Source: Utricularia gibba
Lineage: Eukaryota; Plantae; Magnoliophyta
Length of the DNA: 64,000 nucleotides
Reading direction: 5' to 3'
NCBI GenBank assembly: GCA_002189035.1
Contig: NEEC01000007.1
Span: 3,534,001 to 3,598,000 of the forward strand
The position numbers and the translations under genes are program-made. This document shows positions 12,721-25,430 of this stretch, in pieces. Every line of letters starts with the position of its first letter. Position 1 is the stretch's first letter. The notes beneath the pieces were generated by a model. It had not been told where the DNA came from. It saw only the letters and a list, made by a program, of their open reading frames with translations, and did no database searches.

Positions 12721-15700
12721 GCCACATCGGTCCTACTCGACGAAAATCGTGATGCAGTTATTGAAGTTAGGATGTCATGAGCACCCAAATGGTTTTCTCA
12801 ACCGCATGCTTTATATTTGATAAGGTGCTCTCGTGGGGCAACGGTATCGAGTAGGAGGTCGAGTCGAGCTCGGGCCATAGTCATTTGTAGCTCGGCAAAA
12901 AACTTGATGCATTTATTAACGTTGGTTTTAATAGGCTGCCTAAATGGTTTTCTCAAGGAAAAGCTTGTCGTTTTTGGGCGGTGATGTCGTTGTGAACTTC
13001 GTTCTGACCAAGGTTCGGTCTGTCCTTTGCCAAATCGGTCCTACTCGACGAAAATCGTGATGCAGTTATTGAAGTTAGGATTTCATGAGCACCCAAAATG
13101 GTTTTCAACCGCATGCTTTATATTTGAGGAGGCTCTAGTGGGGCAACGGTAAGAGGTCGAGTCGAGCTCGGTCCCAGAGTCATTTGTAGCCCGGCAAAAA
13201 AATTGATGCATTTATTAACGTTCGGCTTTATTAGGCTGCCTACATAGTTTCTCAAGGAAAAGCTTGTCGTTTCTGGGCGGTGATGTCTTTTGGAACTTCG
13301 TTCTCACCAAGGTTCGGTCTGACTCCTTTGCCACATCGGGTCCTAGTCGACGAAAATCGTGATGCAGTTATTGAAGTTAGGATATCATGAGCACCCAAAA
13401 TGGTTTTCTCAACCGCATGCTTTATATTTGATAAGGCACTCTCGTGGGCAACGGTATCGAGCAGGAGGTCGAGTCGAGCTCGGGCCAAGAGTCATTTGTA
13501 GCCCGGCAAAAAAATTGATGCATTTATTAACGTTCGGCTTTATTAGGCTGCCTACATAGTTTCTCAAGGAAAAGCTTGTCGTTTCTACGCGGGTGATGTC
13601 GTTGAACTTCGTTCGGACCCAAGGTTCTGTCTGACTCCTTTGCCACATCGGGTCCTACTCGACGAAAATCGTGATGCAGTTATTGAAGTTAGGATGTCAT
13701 GAGCACCCAAAATGGTTTTCTCAACCGCATGCTTTATATTTGAGGAGGCGCTCTCGTGGGGCAACGGTATCGAGCAGGAGGTCGAGTCGAGCTCGGGCCC
13801 ATAGTCATTTGTAGCTCGGCAAAAAACTTGATGCATTTATTAACGGTTGGTTTTAATAGGCGCCTAAATGGTTTTCTCAAGGAAAAGCTTGTCGTTTTTG
13901 GCGGGTGATGTCGTTGTGAACTTCGTTCTGACCCAAGGTTCGGTCTGACCCTTTGCCACATCGGGTCCTACTCGACGAAAATCGTGATGCAGTTATTGAA
14001 GTTAGGATTCATGAGCACCCAAAATGGTTTTCTCAACCGCATGCTTTATATTTGATAAGGTGCTCTCGTGGGGCAACGGTATCGAGTAGGAGGTCGAGTC
14101 GAGCTCGGGCCCATAGTCATTTGTAGCTCGGCAAAAAACTTGATGCATTTATTTAACGGTTGGTTTTTAATAGGCTGCCTAAATGGTTTTCTCAAGGAAA
14201 AGCTTGTCGTTTTTGGGCGGTGATGTCGTTGTGAACTTCGTTCTGACCCAAGGTTCGGTCTGTCTCCTTGCCAAATCTGGTCCTACTCGACGAAAATCGT
14301 GATGCAGTTATTGAAGTTAGGATTTCATGAGCACCCAAAATGGTTTCTCAATCGCATGCTTTTATTTGAGGAGGCTCTGTAGTGGGCAACGGTATTGGGC
14401 AGAGGTCGAGTCGAGCTCGGTCCCAGAGTCATTTGTAGCCCGGCAAAAAATTGATGCATTTATTAACGTTCGGCTTTATTAGGCTGCCTACATAGTTTCT
14501 CAAGGAAAAGCTTGTCGTTTCTGGGCGGGTGATGTCTTTTGGAACTTCGTTCTCACCATAGGTTCGGTCTGACTCCTTTGCCACATCGGGTCCTAGTCGA
14601 CGAAAATCGTGATGCAGTTATTGAAGTTAGGATATCATGAGCACCCAAAATGGTTTTCTCAACCGCATGCTTTATATTTGATAAGGCACTCTCGGGGCAA
14701 CGGTATCGAGCAACAGGTCGAGTCGAGCTCGGGCCAAGAGTCATTTGTAGCCCGGCAAAAAAATTGATGCATTTATTAACGTTCGGCTTTATTAGGCTGC
14801 CTACATAGTTTCTCAAGGAAAAGCTTGTCGTTTCTACGCGGGTGATGTCGTTGAGAACTTCGTTCGACCCAAGGTTCTGTCTGACTCCTTTGCCACATCG
14901 GGTCCTACTCGACGAAAATCGTGATGCAGTTATTGAAGTTAGGATGTCATGAGCACCCAAAATGGTTTTCTCAACCGCATGCTTTATATTTGAGGAGGCG
15001 CTCTCGTGGGGCAACGGTATCGAGCAGGAGGTCGAGTCGAGCTCGGGCCCATAGTCATTTGTAGCTCGGCAAAAAACTTGATGCATTTATTAACGGTTGG
15101 TTTTAATAGGCCGCCTAATGGTTTTCTCAAGGAAAAGCTTGTCGTTTTTGGGCGGGTGATGTCGTTGTGAACTTCGTTCTGACCCAAGGTTCGGTCTGTC
15201 ATTTGCCAATCGGTCCTACTCGACGAAAATCGTGATGCAGTTATTGAAGTTAGGATATCATGAGCACCCAAAATGGTTTTCTCAACCGCATGCTTTATAT
15301 TTGATAAGGTGCTCTCGTGGGGCAACGGTATCGAGTAGGAGGTCGAGTCGAGCTCGGGCCCATAGTCATTTGTAGCTCGGCAAAAAACTTGATGCATTTA
15401 TTAACGGTTGGTTTTAATAGGCTGCCTAAATGGTTTTCTCAAGGAAAAGCTTGTCGTTTTTGGGCGGTGATGTCGTTGTGAACTTCGTTCTGACCCAAGG
15501 TTCGGTCTGTCTCCTTGCCAAATCTGGTCCTACTCGACGAAAATCGTGATGCAGTTATTGAAGTTAGGATTTCATGAGCACCCAAAATGGTTTCTCAATC
15601 GCATGCTTTATATTTGAGGAGGCTCTGTAGTGGGCAACGGTATTGGGCAGAGGTCGAGTCGAGCTCGGTCCCAGAGTCATTTGTAGCCCGGCAAAAAAAT

Positions 15701-16439
15701 TGATGCATTTATTAACGTTCGGTTTTTAGGCTGCCTACATAGTTTCTCAAGGAAAAGCTTGTCGTTTCTGGGCGGGTGATGTCTTTGGAACTTCGTTCTG
15801 ACCATAGGTTCGGTCTGTCCCTTTGCCAAATCTGGTCCTACTCGACGAAAATCGTGATGCAGTTATTGAAGTTAGGATATCATGAGCACCAAAATGGTTT
15901 TCTCAACCGCATGCTTTATATTTGATAAGGCACTCTCGTGGGCAACGGTATCGAGCAGGAGGTCGAGTCGAGCTCGGCCAAGAGTCATTTGTAGCCCGGC
16001 AAAAAAAATTGATGCATTTATTAACGTTCGGCTTTTATTAGGCTGCCTACATAGTTTCTCAAGGAAAAGCTTGTCGTTTCTACGCGGGTGATGTCGTTGA
16101 GAACTTCGTTCGGACCCAAGGTTCTGTCTGACTCTTTGCCACATCGGGTCCTCGACGAAAATCGTGATGCAGTTATTGAAGTTAGGATGTCATGAGCACC
16201 CAAAATGGTTTTTCAACCGCATGCTTTATATTTGAGGAGGCGCTCTCGTGGGGCAACGGTATCGAGCAGGAGGTCGAGTCGGGCTCGGGCCAGAGTCATT
16301 TGTAGCCCGAAAAAATGATGCATTTTAACGTTCGGCTCTATTAGGCTGCCTACATAGTTTCTCAAGAAAAGCTTGTCGTTTCTGGGCGGGTGATGTCGTT
16401 GGGAATTTCGTTCGGACCAAGGTTCTGTCTGACTCCTTT
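12721..16439. repeat. Local 4-mer higher-order repeat (Y-W-Z'-V), 3 copies, ~1.25-kb period
   Basis: Private variant tttctAcgcggg at 13585, 14834 and 16080. cctaGtcgacg at 13343 and 14593. tatTgggcagagg and ctctgtagtggg occur in the W units near 14.4 and 15.6 kb. Confidence 0.85.
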
Positions 16440-17061
16440 GCCACATCGGGTCCTACTCGACGAAAATCGTGATGCAGTTATTGAAGTTAGGATGTCATGA
16501 GCACCCAAAATGGTTTTCTCAACCGCATGCTTTATATTGATAAGGTGCTCTCGTGGGGCAACGGTATCGAGTAGGAGGTCGAGTCGAGCTCGGGCCCATA
16601 GTCATTTGTAGCTCGGCAAAAAACTTGATGCATTTATTAACGTTGGTTTTAATAGGCTGCCTAAATGGTTTCTCAAGGAAAAGCTTGTCGTTTTTGGGCG
16701 GGTGATGTCGTTGTGAACTTCGTTCTGACCCAAGTTCGGTCTGACTCCTTTGCCACATCGGTCCTACTCGACGAAAATCGTGATGCAGTTATTGAAGTTA
16801 GGATGTCATGAGCACCAAAATGGTTTTCTCAACCGCATGCTTTATATTTGATAAGGTGCTCTCGTGGGGCAACGGTATCGAGTAGGAGGTCGAGTCGAGC
16901 TCGGGCCATAGTCATTTGTAGCTCGGCAAAAAACTTGATGCATTTATTAACGGTTGGTTTTAATAGGCTGCCTAATGGTTTTCTCAAGGAAAAGCTTGTC
17001 GTTTTTGGGCGGGTGATGTCGTTGTGAACTTCGTTCTGACCAAGGTTCGTCTGTCTCCTTT

Positions 17062-19200
17062 GCCAAATCTGGTCCTACTCGACGAAAATCGTGATGCAGT
17101 TATTGAAGTTAGGATTTCATGAGCACCCAAAATGCTTTTGTCAATCGCATGCTTTGTATTGAGGAGGCGCTCTAGTGGGGCACGGTATCGGGCAGGTCGA
17201 GTCGGGCTCGCTCCAGAGTTTTTTAGCCTGTCAAAAAAAGTGATGCATTTATTAACGTTGGGTTTAATAGGCTGCCTACATGGTTTCTCAAGGAAAAGCT
17301 TGTTGTTTCTGGGCGGTGATGTCTTTTGGAACTTCGTTCTGACCATAGGTTCGTTCTGACTCCTTTGCCACATCGGGTCCTACTCGACGAAAATCGTGAT
17401 GCAGTTATTGAAGTTAGGATGTCATGAGCACCCAAAATGGTTTTCTCAACCGCATGCTTTATATTTGAGGAGGCGCTCTCGTGGGCAACGGTATCGAGCA
17501 GGAGGTCGAGTCGAGCTCGGGCCCAGAGTCATTTGTAGCCCGGCAAAAAATTGATGCATTTATTAACGGTTGGTTTAATAGGCTGCCTCAATGGTTTTCT
17601 CAAGGAAAAGCTTGTCGTTTTTGGGCGGGTGATGTCGTTGTGAACTTCGTTCTGACCCAAGGTTCGGTCTGTCTCCTTTGCCAAATCTGGTCCTTCGACG
17701 AAAATCGTGATGCAGTTATTGAAGTTAGGATTTCATGAGCACCCAAAATGCTTTTGTCAATCGCATGCTTTGTAGTTGAGGAGGCTCTAGTGGGGCACGG
17801 TATCGGGCAAAGGTCGAGTCGGGCTCGCTCCCAGAGTCATTTTAGCCTGTCAAAAAAAGTGATGCATTTATTAACGTTGGTTTAATAGGCTGCCTACATG
17901 GTTTCTCAAGGAAAAGCTTGTCGTTTCTGGGCGGGTGATGTCTTTTGGAACTTCGTTCTGACCAAGGTTCGTCTGACTCCTTTGCCACATCGGGTCCTAC
18001 TCGACGAAAATCGTGATGCAGTTATTGAAGTTAGGATGTCATGAGCACCCAAAGTGGTTTTCTCAACCGCATGCTTTATATTTGAGGAGGCGCTCTCGTG
18101 GGGCAACGGTATCGAGCAGGAGGTCGAGTCGAGCTCGGGCCCAGAGTCATTTGTAGCCCGACAAAAATTGATGCATTTATTAACGTTGGTTTAATAGGCT
18201 GCCTCAATGGTTTTCTCAAGGAAAAGCTTGTCGTTTGGGCGGGTGATGTCGTTGTGAACTTCGTTCTGACCCAAGGTTCGGTCTGTCTCCTTTGCCAATC
18301 TGGTCCTACTCGACGAAAATCGTGATGCAGTTATTGAAGTTAGGATTTCATGAGCACCCAAAATGCTTTTGTCAATCGCATGCTTTGTATTTGAGGAGGC
18401 TCTCGTGGGGCAACGGTATCGGGCAAAGGTCGAGTCGGCTCGCTCCAGAGTCATTTTTAGCCTGGCAAAAAAATTGATGCATTTATTAACGTTGGTTTTA
18501 ATAGGCTGCCTACATGGTTTCTCAAGGAAAAGCTTGTCGTTTCTGGGCGGGTGATGTCTTTTGGAACTTCGTTCTGACCATAGGTTCGGTCTGACTCTTT
18601 GCCACATCGGGTCCTACTCGACGAAAATCGTGATGCAGTTATTGAAGTTAGGATGTCATGAGCACCAAATGGTTTTCTCAACCGCATGCTTTATATTTGA
18701 TAGGCGCTCTCGTGGGCAACGGTATCGAGCAGGAGGTCGAGTCGAGCTCGGCCCAGAGTCATTTGTAGCCCGGCAAAAAATTGATGCATTTATTAACGTT
18801 GGTTTAATAGGCTGCCTCAATGGTTTCTCAAGGAAAAGCTTGTCGTTTTTGGCGGGTGATGTCGTTGTGAACTTCGTTCTGACCCAAGGTTCGGTCTGTC
18901 TCCTTTGCGGTCCTATTCGACGAAAATCGTGATGCAGTTATTGAAGTTAGGATTCATGAGCACCCAAAATGCTTTTGTCAACGCATGCTTTGTATTGAGG
19001 AGGCGCTCTAGTGGGGCACGGTATCGGGCAAAAGGTCGAGTCGGCTCGCTCCCAGAGTCATTTTTAGCCGAAAAATGATGCATTTATTAACGTTCGGTTT
19101 ATTAGGCTGCCTACATAGTTTCTCAAGGAAAAGCTTGTCGTTTCTGGGCGGTGATGTCTTTGGAACTTCGTTCTGACCATAGGTTCGGTCTGACTCCTTT
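17062..19200. repeat. Local 2-mer HOR (X alternating with an A1/B1 monomer), 3.5 copies, ~610-bp period
   Basis: X signature aaatgCttttgtcaa at ~17134, 17749, 18364 and 18970. Confidence 0.8.
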
Positions 19201-22200
19201 GCCACATCGGGTCCTACTCGACGAAAATCGTGATGCAGTTATTGAAGTTAGGATATCATGAGCACCCAAAATGGTTTTCTCAACCGCATGCTTTATATTT
19301 GATAAGGCACTCTCGTGGGGCAACGGTATCGAGTAGGAGGTCGGGTCGAGCTCGGGCCCAGAGTCATTTGTAGCCCGGCAAAAAAATTGATGCATTTATT
19401 AACGTTGGCTTTATTAGGCTGCCTACATAGTTTCTCAAGGAAAAGCTGTCGTTTCTGCGCGGGTGATGTCGTTGGAACTTCGTTCGGACCCAAGGTTCGT
19501 CTGACTCCTTTGCCACAGCGGGTCCTACTCGACGAAAATCGTGATGCAGTTATTGAAGTTAGGATTTCATGAGCACCAAAATGGTTTTCTCACCGCATGC
19601 TTTATATTTGAGGAGGCGCTCGTGGGGCAACGGTATCGAGCAGGAGGTCGAGTCGAGCTCGGGCCCATAGTCATTTGTAGCTCGGCAAAAAACTTGATGC
19701 ATTAATTAACGGTTGGTTTTAATAGGCTGCCTAAATGGTTTTCTCAAGGAAAAGCTTGTCGTTTTTGGGCGGGTGATTTCGTTGTGAACTTCGTTCTGAC
19801 CCAAGGTTCGGTCTGTCACCTTTGCCAAATCGGGTCCTACTCGACGAAAATCGTGATGCAGTTATTGAAGTTAGGATTTCATGAGCACCCAAAATGGTTT
19901 TCTCAACCGCATGCTTTATATTTGATAAGGCACTCTCGTGGGGCAACGGTATCGAGCAGGAGGTCGAGTCGAGCTCGGTCCCAGAGTCATTTGTAGCCCG
20001 GCAAAAATATTGATGCATTTATTAACGTTCGGCTCTATTAGGCTGCCTACATAGTTTCTCAAGGAAAGCTTGTCGTTTCTGCGCGGGTGATGTCGTTGGG
20101 AACTTCGTTCGGACCCAAGGTTCTGTCTGACTCCTTTGCACATCGGGTCCTACTCGACGAAAATCGTGATGCAGTTATTGAAGTTAGGATGTCATGAGCA
20201 CCCAAAATGGTTTTCTCAACCGCATGCTTTATATTTGATAAGGCACTCGTGGGGCAACGGTATCGAGCAGGAGGTCGAGTCGAGCTCGGGAGAGTCATTT
20301 GTAGCCCGGCAAAAAAATTGATGCATTTATTAACGTTCGGCTTATTAGGCTGCCTACATAGTTTCTCAAGGAAAAGCTTGTCGTTTCTGGGCGGGTGATG
20401 TCTTTTGGAACTTCGTTCTGACCATAGGTTCGGTCTGATTCCTTTGCCACATCGGGTCCTACTCGACGAAAATCGTGATGCAGTTATTGAAGTTAGGATT
20501 CATGAGCACCCAAAATGGTTTTCTCAACCGCATGCTTTATATTTGATAAGGCACTCTCGTGGGGCAACGGTATCGAGTAGGAGGTCGAGTCGAGCTCGGG
20601 CCCAGAGTCATTTGTAGCCCGGCAAAAAACTTGATGCATTTATTAACGTTGGTTTTAATAGGCTGCCTAAATGGTTTCTCAAGGAAAAGCTTGTCGTTTT
20701 TGGGCGGGTGATGTCGTTGTGAACTTCGTTCTGACCCAAGGTTCGGTCTGTCTCCTTTGCAAATCTGGTCCTACTCGACGAAAATCGTGATGCAGTTATT
20801 GAAGTTAGGATTTCATGAGCACCCAAAATGCTTTTGTCAATCGCATGCTTTGTAGTTGAGGAGGCGCTCTAGTGGGGCACGGTATCGGGCAAAAGGTCGA
20901 GTCGGGCTCGCTCCCAGAGTCATTTTTAGCCTGTCAAAAAAGTGATGCATTTATTAACGTTGGGTTTTAATAGGCTGCCTACATGGTTTCTCAAGGAAAA
21001 GCTTGTCGTTTCTGGGCGGGTGATGTCTTTTGGAACTTCGTTCTGACCATAGGTTCGGTCTGACTCCTTTGCCACATCGGGTCCTACTCGACGAAAATCG
21101 TGATGCAGTTATTGAAGTTAGGATGTCATGAGCACCCAAAATGGTTTTCTCAACCGCATGCTTTATATTTGAGGAGGCGCTCTCGTGGGCAACGGTATCG
21201 AGCAGGAGGTCGAGTCGAGCTCGGCCCATAGTCATTTGTAGCTCGGCAAAAAACTTGATGCATTAATTAACGTTGGGTTTTAATAGGCGCCTACATTGTT
21301 TTCTCAAGGAAAAGCTTGTCGTTTTTGGGCGGGTGATTTCGTTGTGAACTTCGTTCTGACCCAAGTTCGGTCTGACTCCTTTGCCACATCGGGTCCTACT
21401 CGACGAAAATCGTGATGCAGTATTGAAGTTAGGATTTCATGAGCACCCAAAATGGTTTTCTCAACCGCATGCTTTATATTTGAGGAGGCGCTCTCGTGGG
21501 GCAACGGTATCGAGCAGGAGGTCGAGTCGAGCTCGGGCCCAGAGTCATTTGTAGCCCGCAAAAAATTGATGCATTTATTAACGTTCGGCTCTATTAGGCT
21601 GCCTACATAGTTTCTCAAGGAAAAGCTTGTCGTTTCTGCGCGGGTGATGTCGTTGGGAACTTCGTTCGACCCAAGGTTCTGTCTGACTCCTTTGCCACAT
21701 CGGGTCCTACTCGACGAAAATCGTGATGCAGTTATTGAAGTTAGGATGTCATGAGCACCCAAAATGGTTTTCTCAACCGCATGCTTTATATTTGAGGAGG
21801 CGCTCTCGTGGGGCAACGGTATCGAGCAGGAGGTCGAGTCGAGCTCGGCCCATAGTCATTTGTAGCTCGGCAAAAAACTTGATGCATTAATTAACGTTGG
21901 GTTTTAATAGCCCTACATTGTTTTCTCAAGGAAAAGCTTGTCGTTTTTGGGCGGGTGATTTCGTTGTGAACTTCGTTCGACCCAAGGTTCTGTCTGACTC
22001 CTTTGCCACATCGGGTCCTACTCGACGAAAATCGTGATGCAGTTATTGAAGTTAGGATGTCATGAGCACCCAAAATGGTTTTCTCAACCGCATGCTTTAT
22101 ATTTGAGGAGGCGCTCTCGTGGGGCAACGGTATCGAGCAGGAGGTCGAGTCGAGCTCGGGCCCATAGTCATTTGTAGCTCGGCAAAAAACTTGATGCATT

Positions 22201-22319
22201 AATTAACGTTGGGTTTTAATAGAACCCTACATTGTTTTCTCAAGGAAAAGCTTGTCGTTTTTGGGCGGGTGATTTCGTTGTGAACTTCGTTCTGACCCAA
22301 GGTTCGGTCTGTCACCTTT

Positions 22320-25300
22320 GCCAATCTGGTCCTACTCGACGAAAATCGTGATGCAGTTATTGAAGTTAGGATTTCATGAGCACCCAAAATGTTTTTCTCA
22401 ACCGCATGCTTTATATTTGATAAGGTGCTCTCGTGGGGCAACGGTATCGAGTAGGAGGTCGAGTCGAGCTCGGGCCCATAGTCATTTGTAGCTCGGCAAA
22501 AAACTTGATGCATTTATTAACGGTTGGTTTTAATAGGCTGCCTCAATGGTTTTCTCAAGGAAAAGCTTGTCGTTTTTGGGCGGGTGATGTCGTTGTGAAC
22601 TTCGTTCTGACCCAAGGTTCGGTCTGTCTCCTTTGCCAAATCGGTCCTACTCGACGAAAATCGTGATGCAGTTATTGAAGTTAGGATTTCATGAGCACCC
22701 AAAATGCTTTTGTCAATCGCATGCTTTGTAGTTGAGGAGGCGCTCTAGTGGGGCACGGTATCGGGCAAAGGTCGAGTCGGGCTCGCTCCCAGAGTTTTTT
22801 TAGCCTGTCAAAAAAAGTGATGCATTTATTAACGTTGGGTTTTAATAGGCTGCCTACATGGTTTCTCAAGGAAAAGCTTGTCGTTTCTGGGCGGGTGATG
22901 TCTTTTGGAACTTCGTTCTGACCATAGGTTCGGTCTGACTCCTTTGCCACATCGGGTCCTACTCGACGAAAATCGTGATGCAGTTATTGAAGTTAGGATG
23001 TCATGAGCACCCAAAATGGTTTTCTCAACCGCATGCTTTATATTTGAGGAGGCGCTCTCGTGGGCAACGGTATCGAGCAGGAGGTCGAGTCGAGCTCGGG
23101 CCAGAGTCATTTGTAGCCCGACAAAAATATTGATGCATTTATTAACGTTCGGTATTAGGCTGCCTACATAGTTTCTCAAGGAAAAGCTTGTCGTTTCTGG
23201 GCGGGTGATGTCGTTGGAACTTCGTTCGGACCCAAGGTTCTGTCTGACTCCTTTGCCACATCGGGTCCTACTCGACGAAAATCGTGATGCAGTTATTGAA
23301 GTTAGGATTTCATGAGCACCCAAAATGGTTTTCTCAACCGCATGCTTTATATTTGATAAGGTGCTCTCGTGGGGCAACGGTATCGAGCAGGAGGTCGAGT
23401 CGAGCTCGGGCCCATAGTCATTTGTAGCTCGGCAAAAAACTTGATGCATTAATTAACGTTGGTTTTAATAGGCCTACATTGTTTTCTCAAGGAAAAGCTT
23501 GTCGTTTTTGGGCGGGTGATTTCGTTGTGAACTTCGTTCTGACCCAAGTTCGGTCTGACTCCTTTGCCACATCGGGTCCTACTCGACGAAAATCGTGATG
23601 CAGTTATTGAAGTTAGGATGTCAGAGCACCCAAAATGGTTTTCTCAACCGCATGCTTTATATTTGATAAGGTGCTCTCGTGGGCAACGGTATCGAGTAGG
23701 AGGTCGAGTCGAGCTCGGGCCCATAGTCATTTGTAGCTCGGCAAAAAACTTGATGCATTTATTAACGGTTGGTTTTAATAGGCTGCCTAAATGGTTTCTC
23801 AAGGAAAAGCTTGTCGTTTTTGGCGGGTGATGTCGTTGTGAACTTCGTTCTGACCCAAGGTTCGGTCTGTCTCCTTTGCCAAATCTGGTCCTACTCGACG
23901 AAAATCGTGATGCAGTTATTGAAGTTAGGATTTCATGAGCACCCAAAATGCTTTTGTCAATCGCATGCTTTGTAGTTGAGGAGGCGCTCTAGTGGGGCAC
24001 GGTATCGGGCAAATGGTCGAGTCGGGCTCGCTCCGAGCCTTTTTTAGCCTGTCAAAAAAAGTGATGCATTTATTAACGTTGGGTTTTAATAGGCTGCCTA
24101 CATGGTTTCTCAAGGAAAAGCTTGTCGTTTCTGGGCGGGTGATGTCTTTTGGAACTTCGTTCTGACCATAGGTTCGGTCTGACTCCTTTGCCACATCGGG
24201 TCCTACTCGACGAAAATCGTGATGCAGTTATTGAAGTTAGGATGTCATGAGCACCCAAATGGTTTTCTCAACCGCATGCTTTATTTGAGGAGGCGCTCTC
24301 GTGGGGCAACGGTATCGAGCAGGAGGTCGAGTCGAGCTCGGGCCTAGAGTCATTTGTAGCCCGACAAAAATATGATGCATTTATTAACGTTCGGCGCTAT
24401 TAGGCTGCCTACATAGTTTCTCAAGGAAAAGCTTATCGTTTCTGGGCGGGTGATGTCGTTGGGAACTTCGTTCGGACCCGGTTCTGTCTGACTCCTTTGC
24501 CACATCGGGTCCTACTCGACGAAAATCGTGATGCAGTTATTGAAGTTAGGATTTCATGAGCACCAAATGGTTTTCTCAAATGCTTTATATTTGATAAGGT
24601 GCTCTCGTGGGCAACGGTATCGAGCAGGAGGTCGAGTCGAGCTCGGGCCATAGTCATTTGTAGCTCGGCAAAAAACTTGATGCATTAATTAACGTTGGGT
24701 TTTAATAGAACCCTACATTGTTTTCTCAAGGAAAAGCTTGTCGTTTTTGGGCGGGTGATTTCGTTGTGAACTTCGTTCTGACCCAAGTTCGGTCTGACTC
24801 CTTTGCCACATCGGGTCCTACTCGACGAAAATCGTGATGCAGTTATTGAAGTTAGCATGTCAGGAGCACCCAAAATGGTTTTCTCAACCGCATGCTTTAT
24901 ATTTGATAAGGTGCTCTCGTGGGGCAACGGTATCGAGTAGGAGGTCGAGTCGAGCTCGGGCCCATAGTCATTTGTAGCTCGGCAAAAAACTTGATGCATT
25001 TATTAACGGTTGGTTTTAATAGGCTGCCTAAATGGTTTTCTCAAGGAAAAGCTTGTCGTTTTTGGGCGGGTGATGTCGTTGTGAACTTCGTTCTGACCCA
25101 AGGTTCGGTCTGTCTCCTTTGCCAAATCTGGTCCTATTCGACGAAAATCGTGATGCAGTTATTGAAGTTAGGATTTCATGAGCACCCAAAATGCTTTTGT
25201 CAATCGCATGCTTTGTAGTTGAGGAGGCGCTCTAGTGGGGCACGGTATCGGGCAAAAGGTCGACTCGGGCTCGTCCCAGAGTCATTTTTAGCCTGTCAAA

Positions 25301-25430
25301 AAAAGTGATATTTATTAACGTTGGGTTTTAATAGGCTGCCTACATGGTTTCTCAAGGAAAAGCTTGTCGTTTCTGGCGGGTGATGTCTTTTGGAACTTCG
25401 TTCTGACCATAGGTTCGGTCTGACTCCTTT
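22320..25430. repeat. Local 4-mer HOR (Y-X-P-Q), 2.5 copies, ~1.24-kb period
   Basis: X signature at ~22705, 23949 and 25192 (spacing 1244, 1243), with P-type then Q-type monomers between them each time. Confidence 0.8.
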
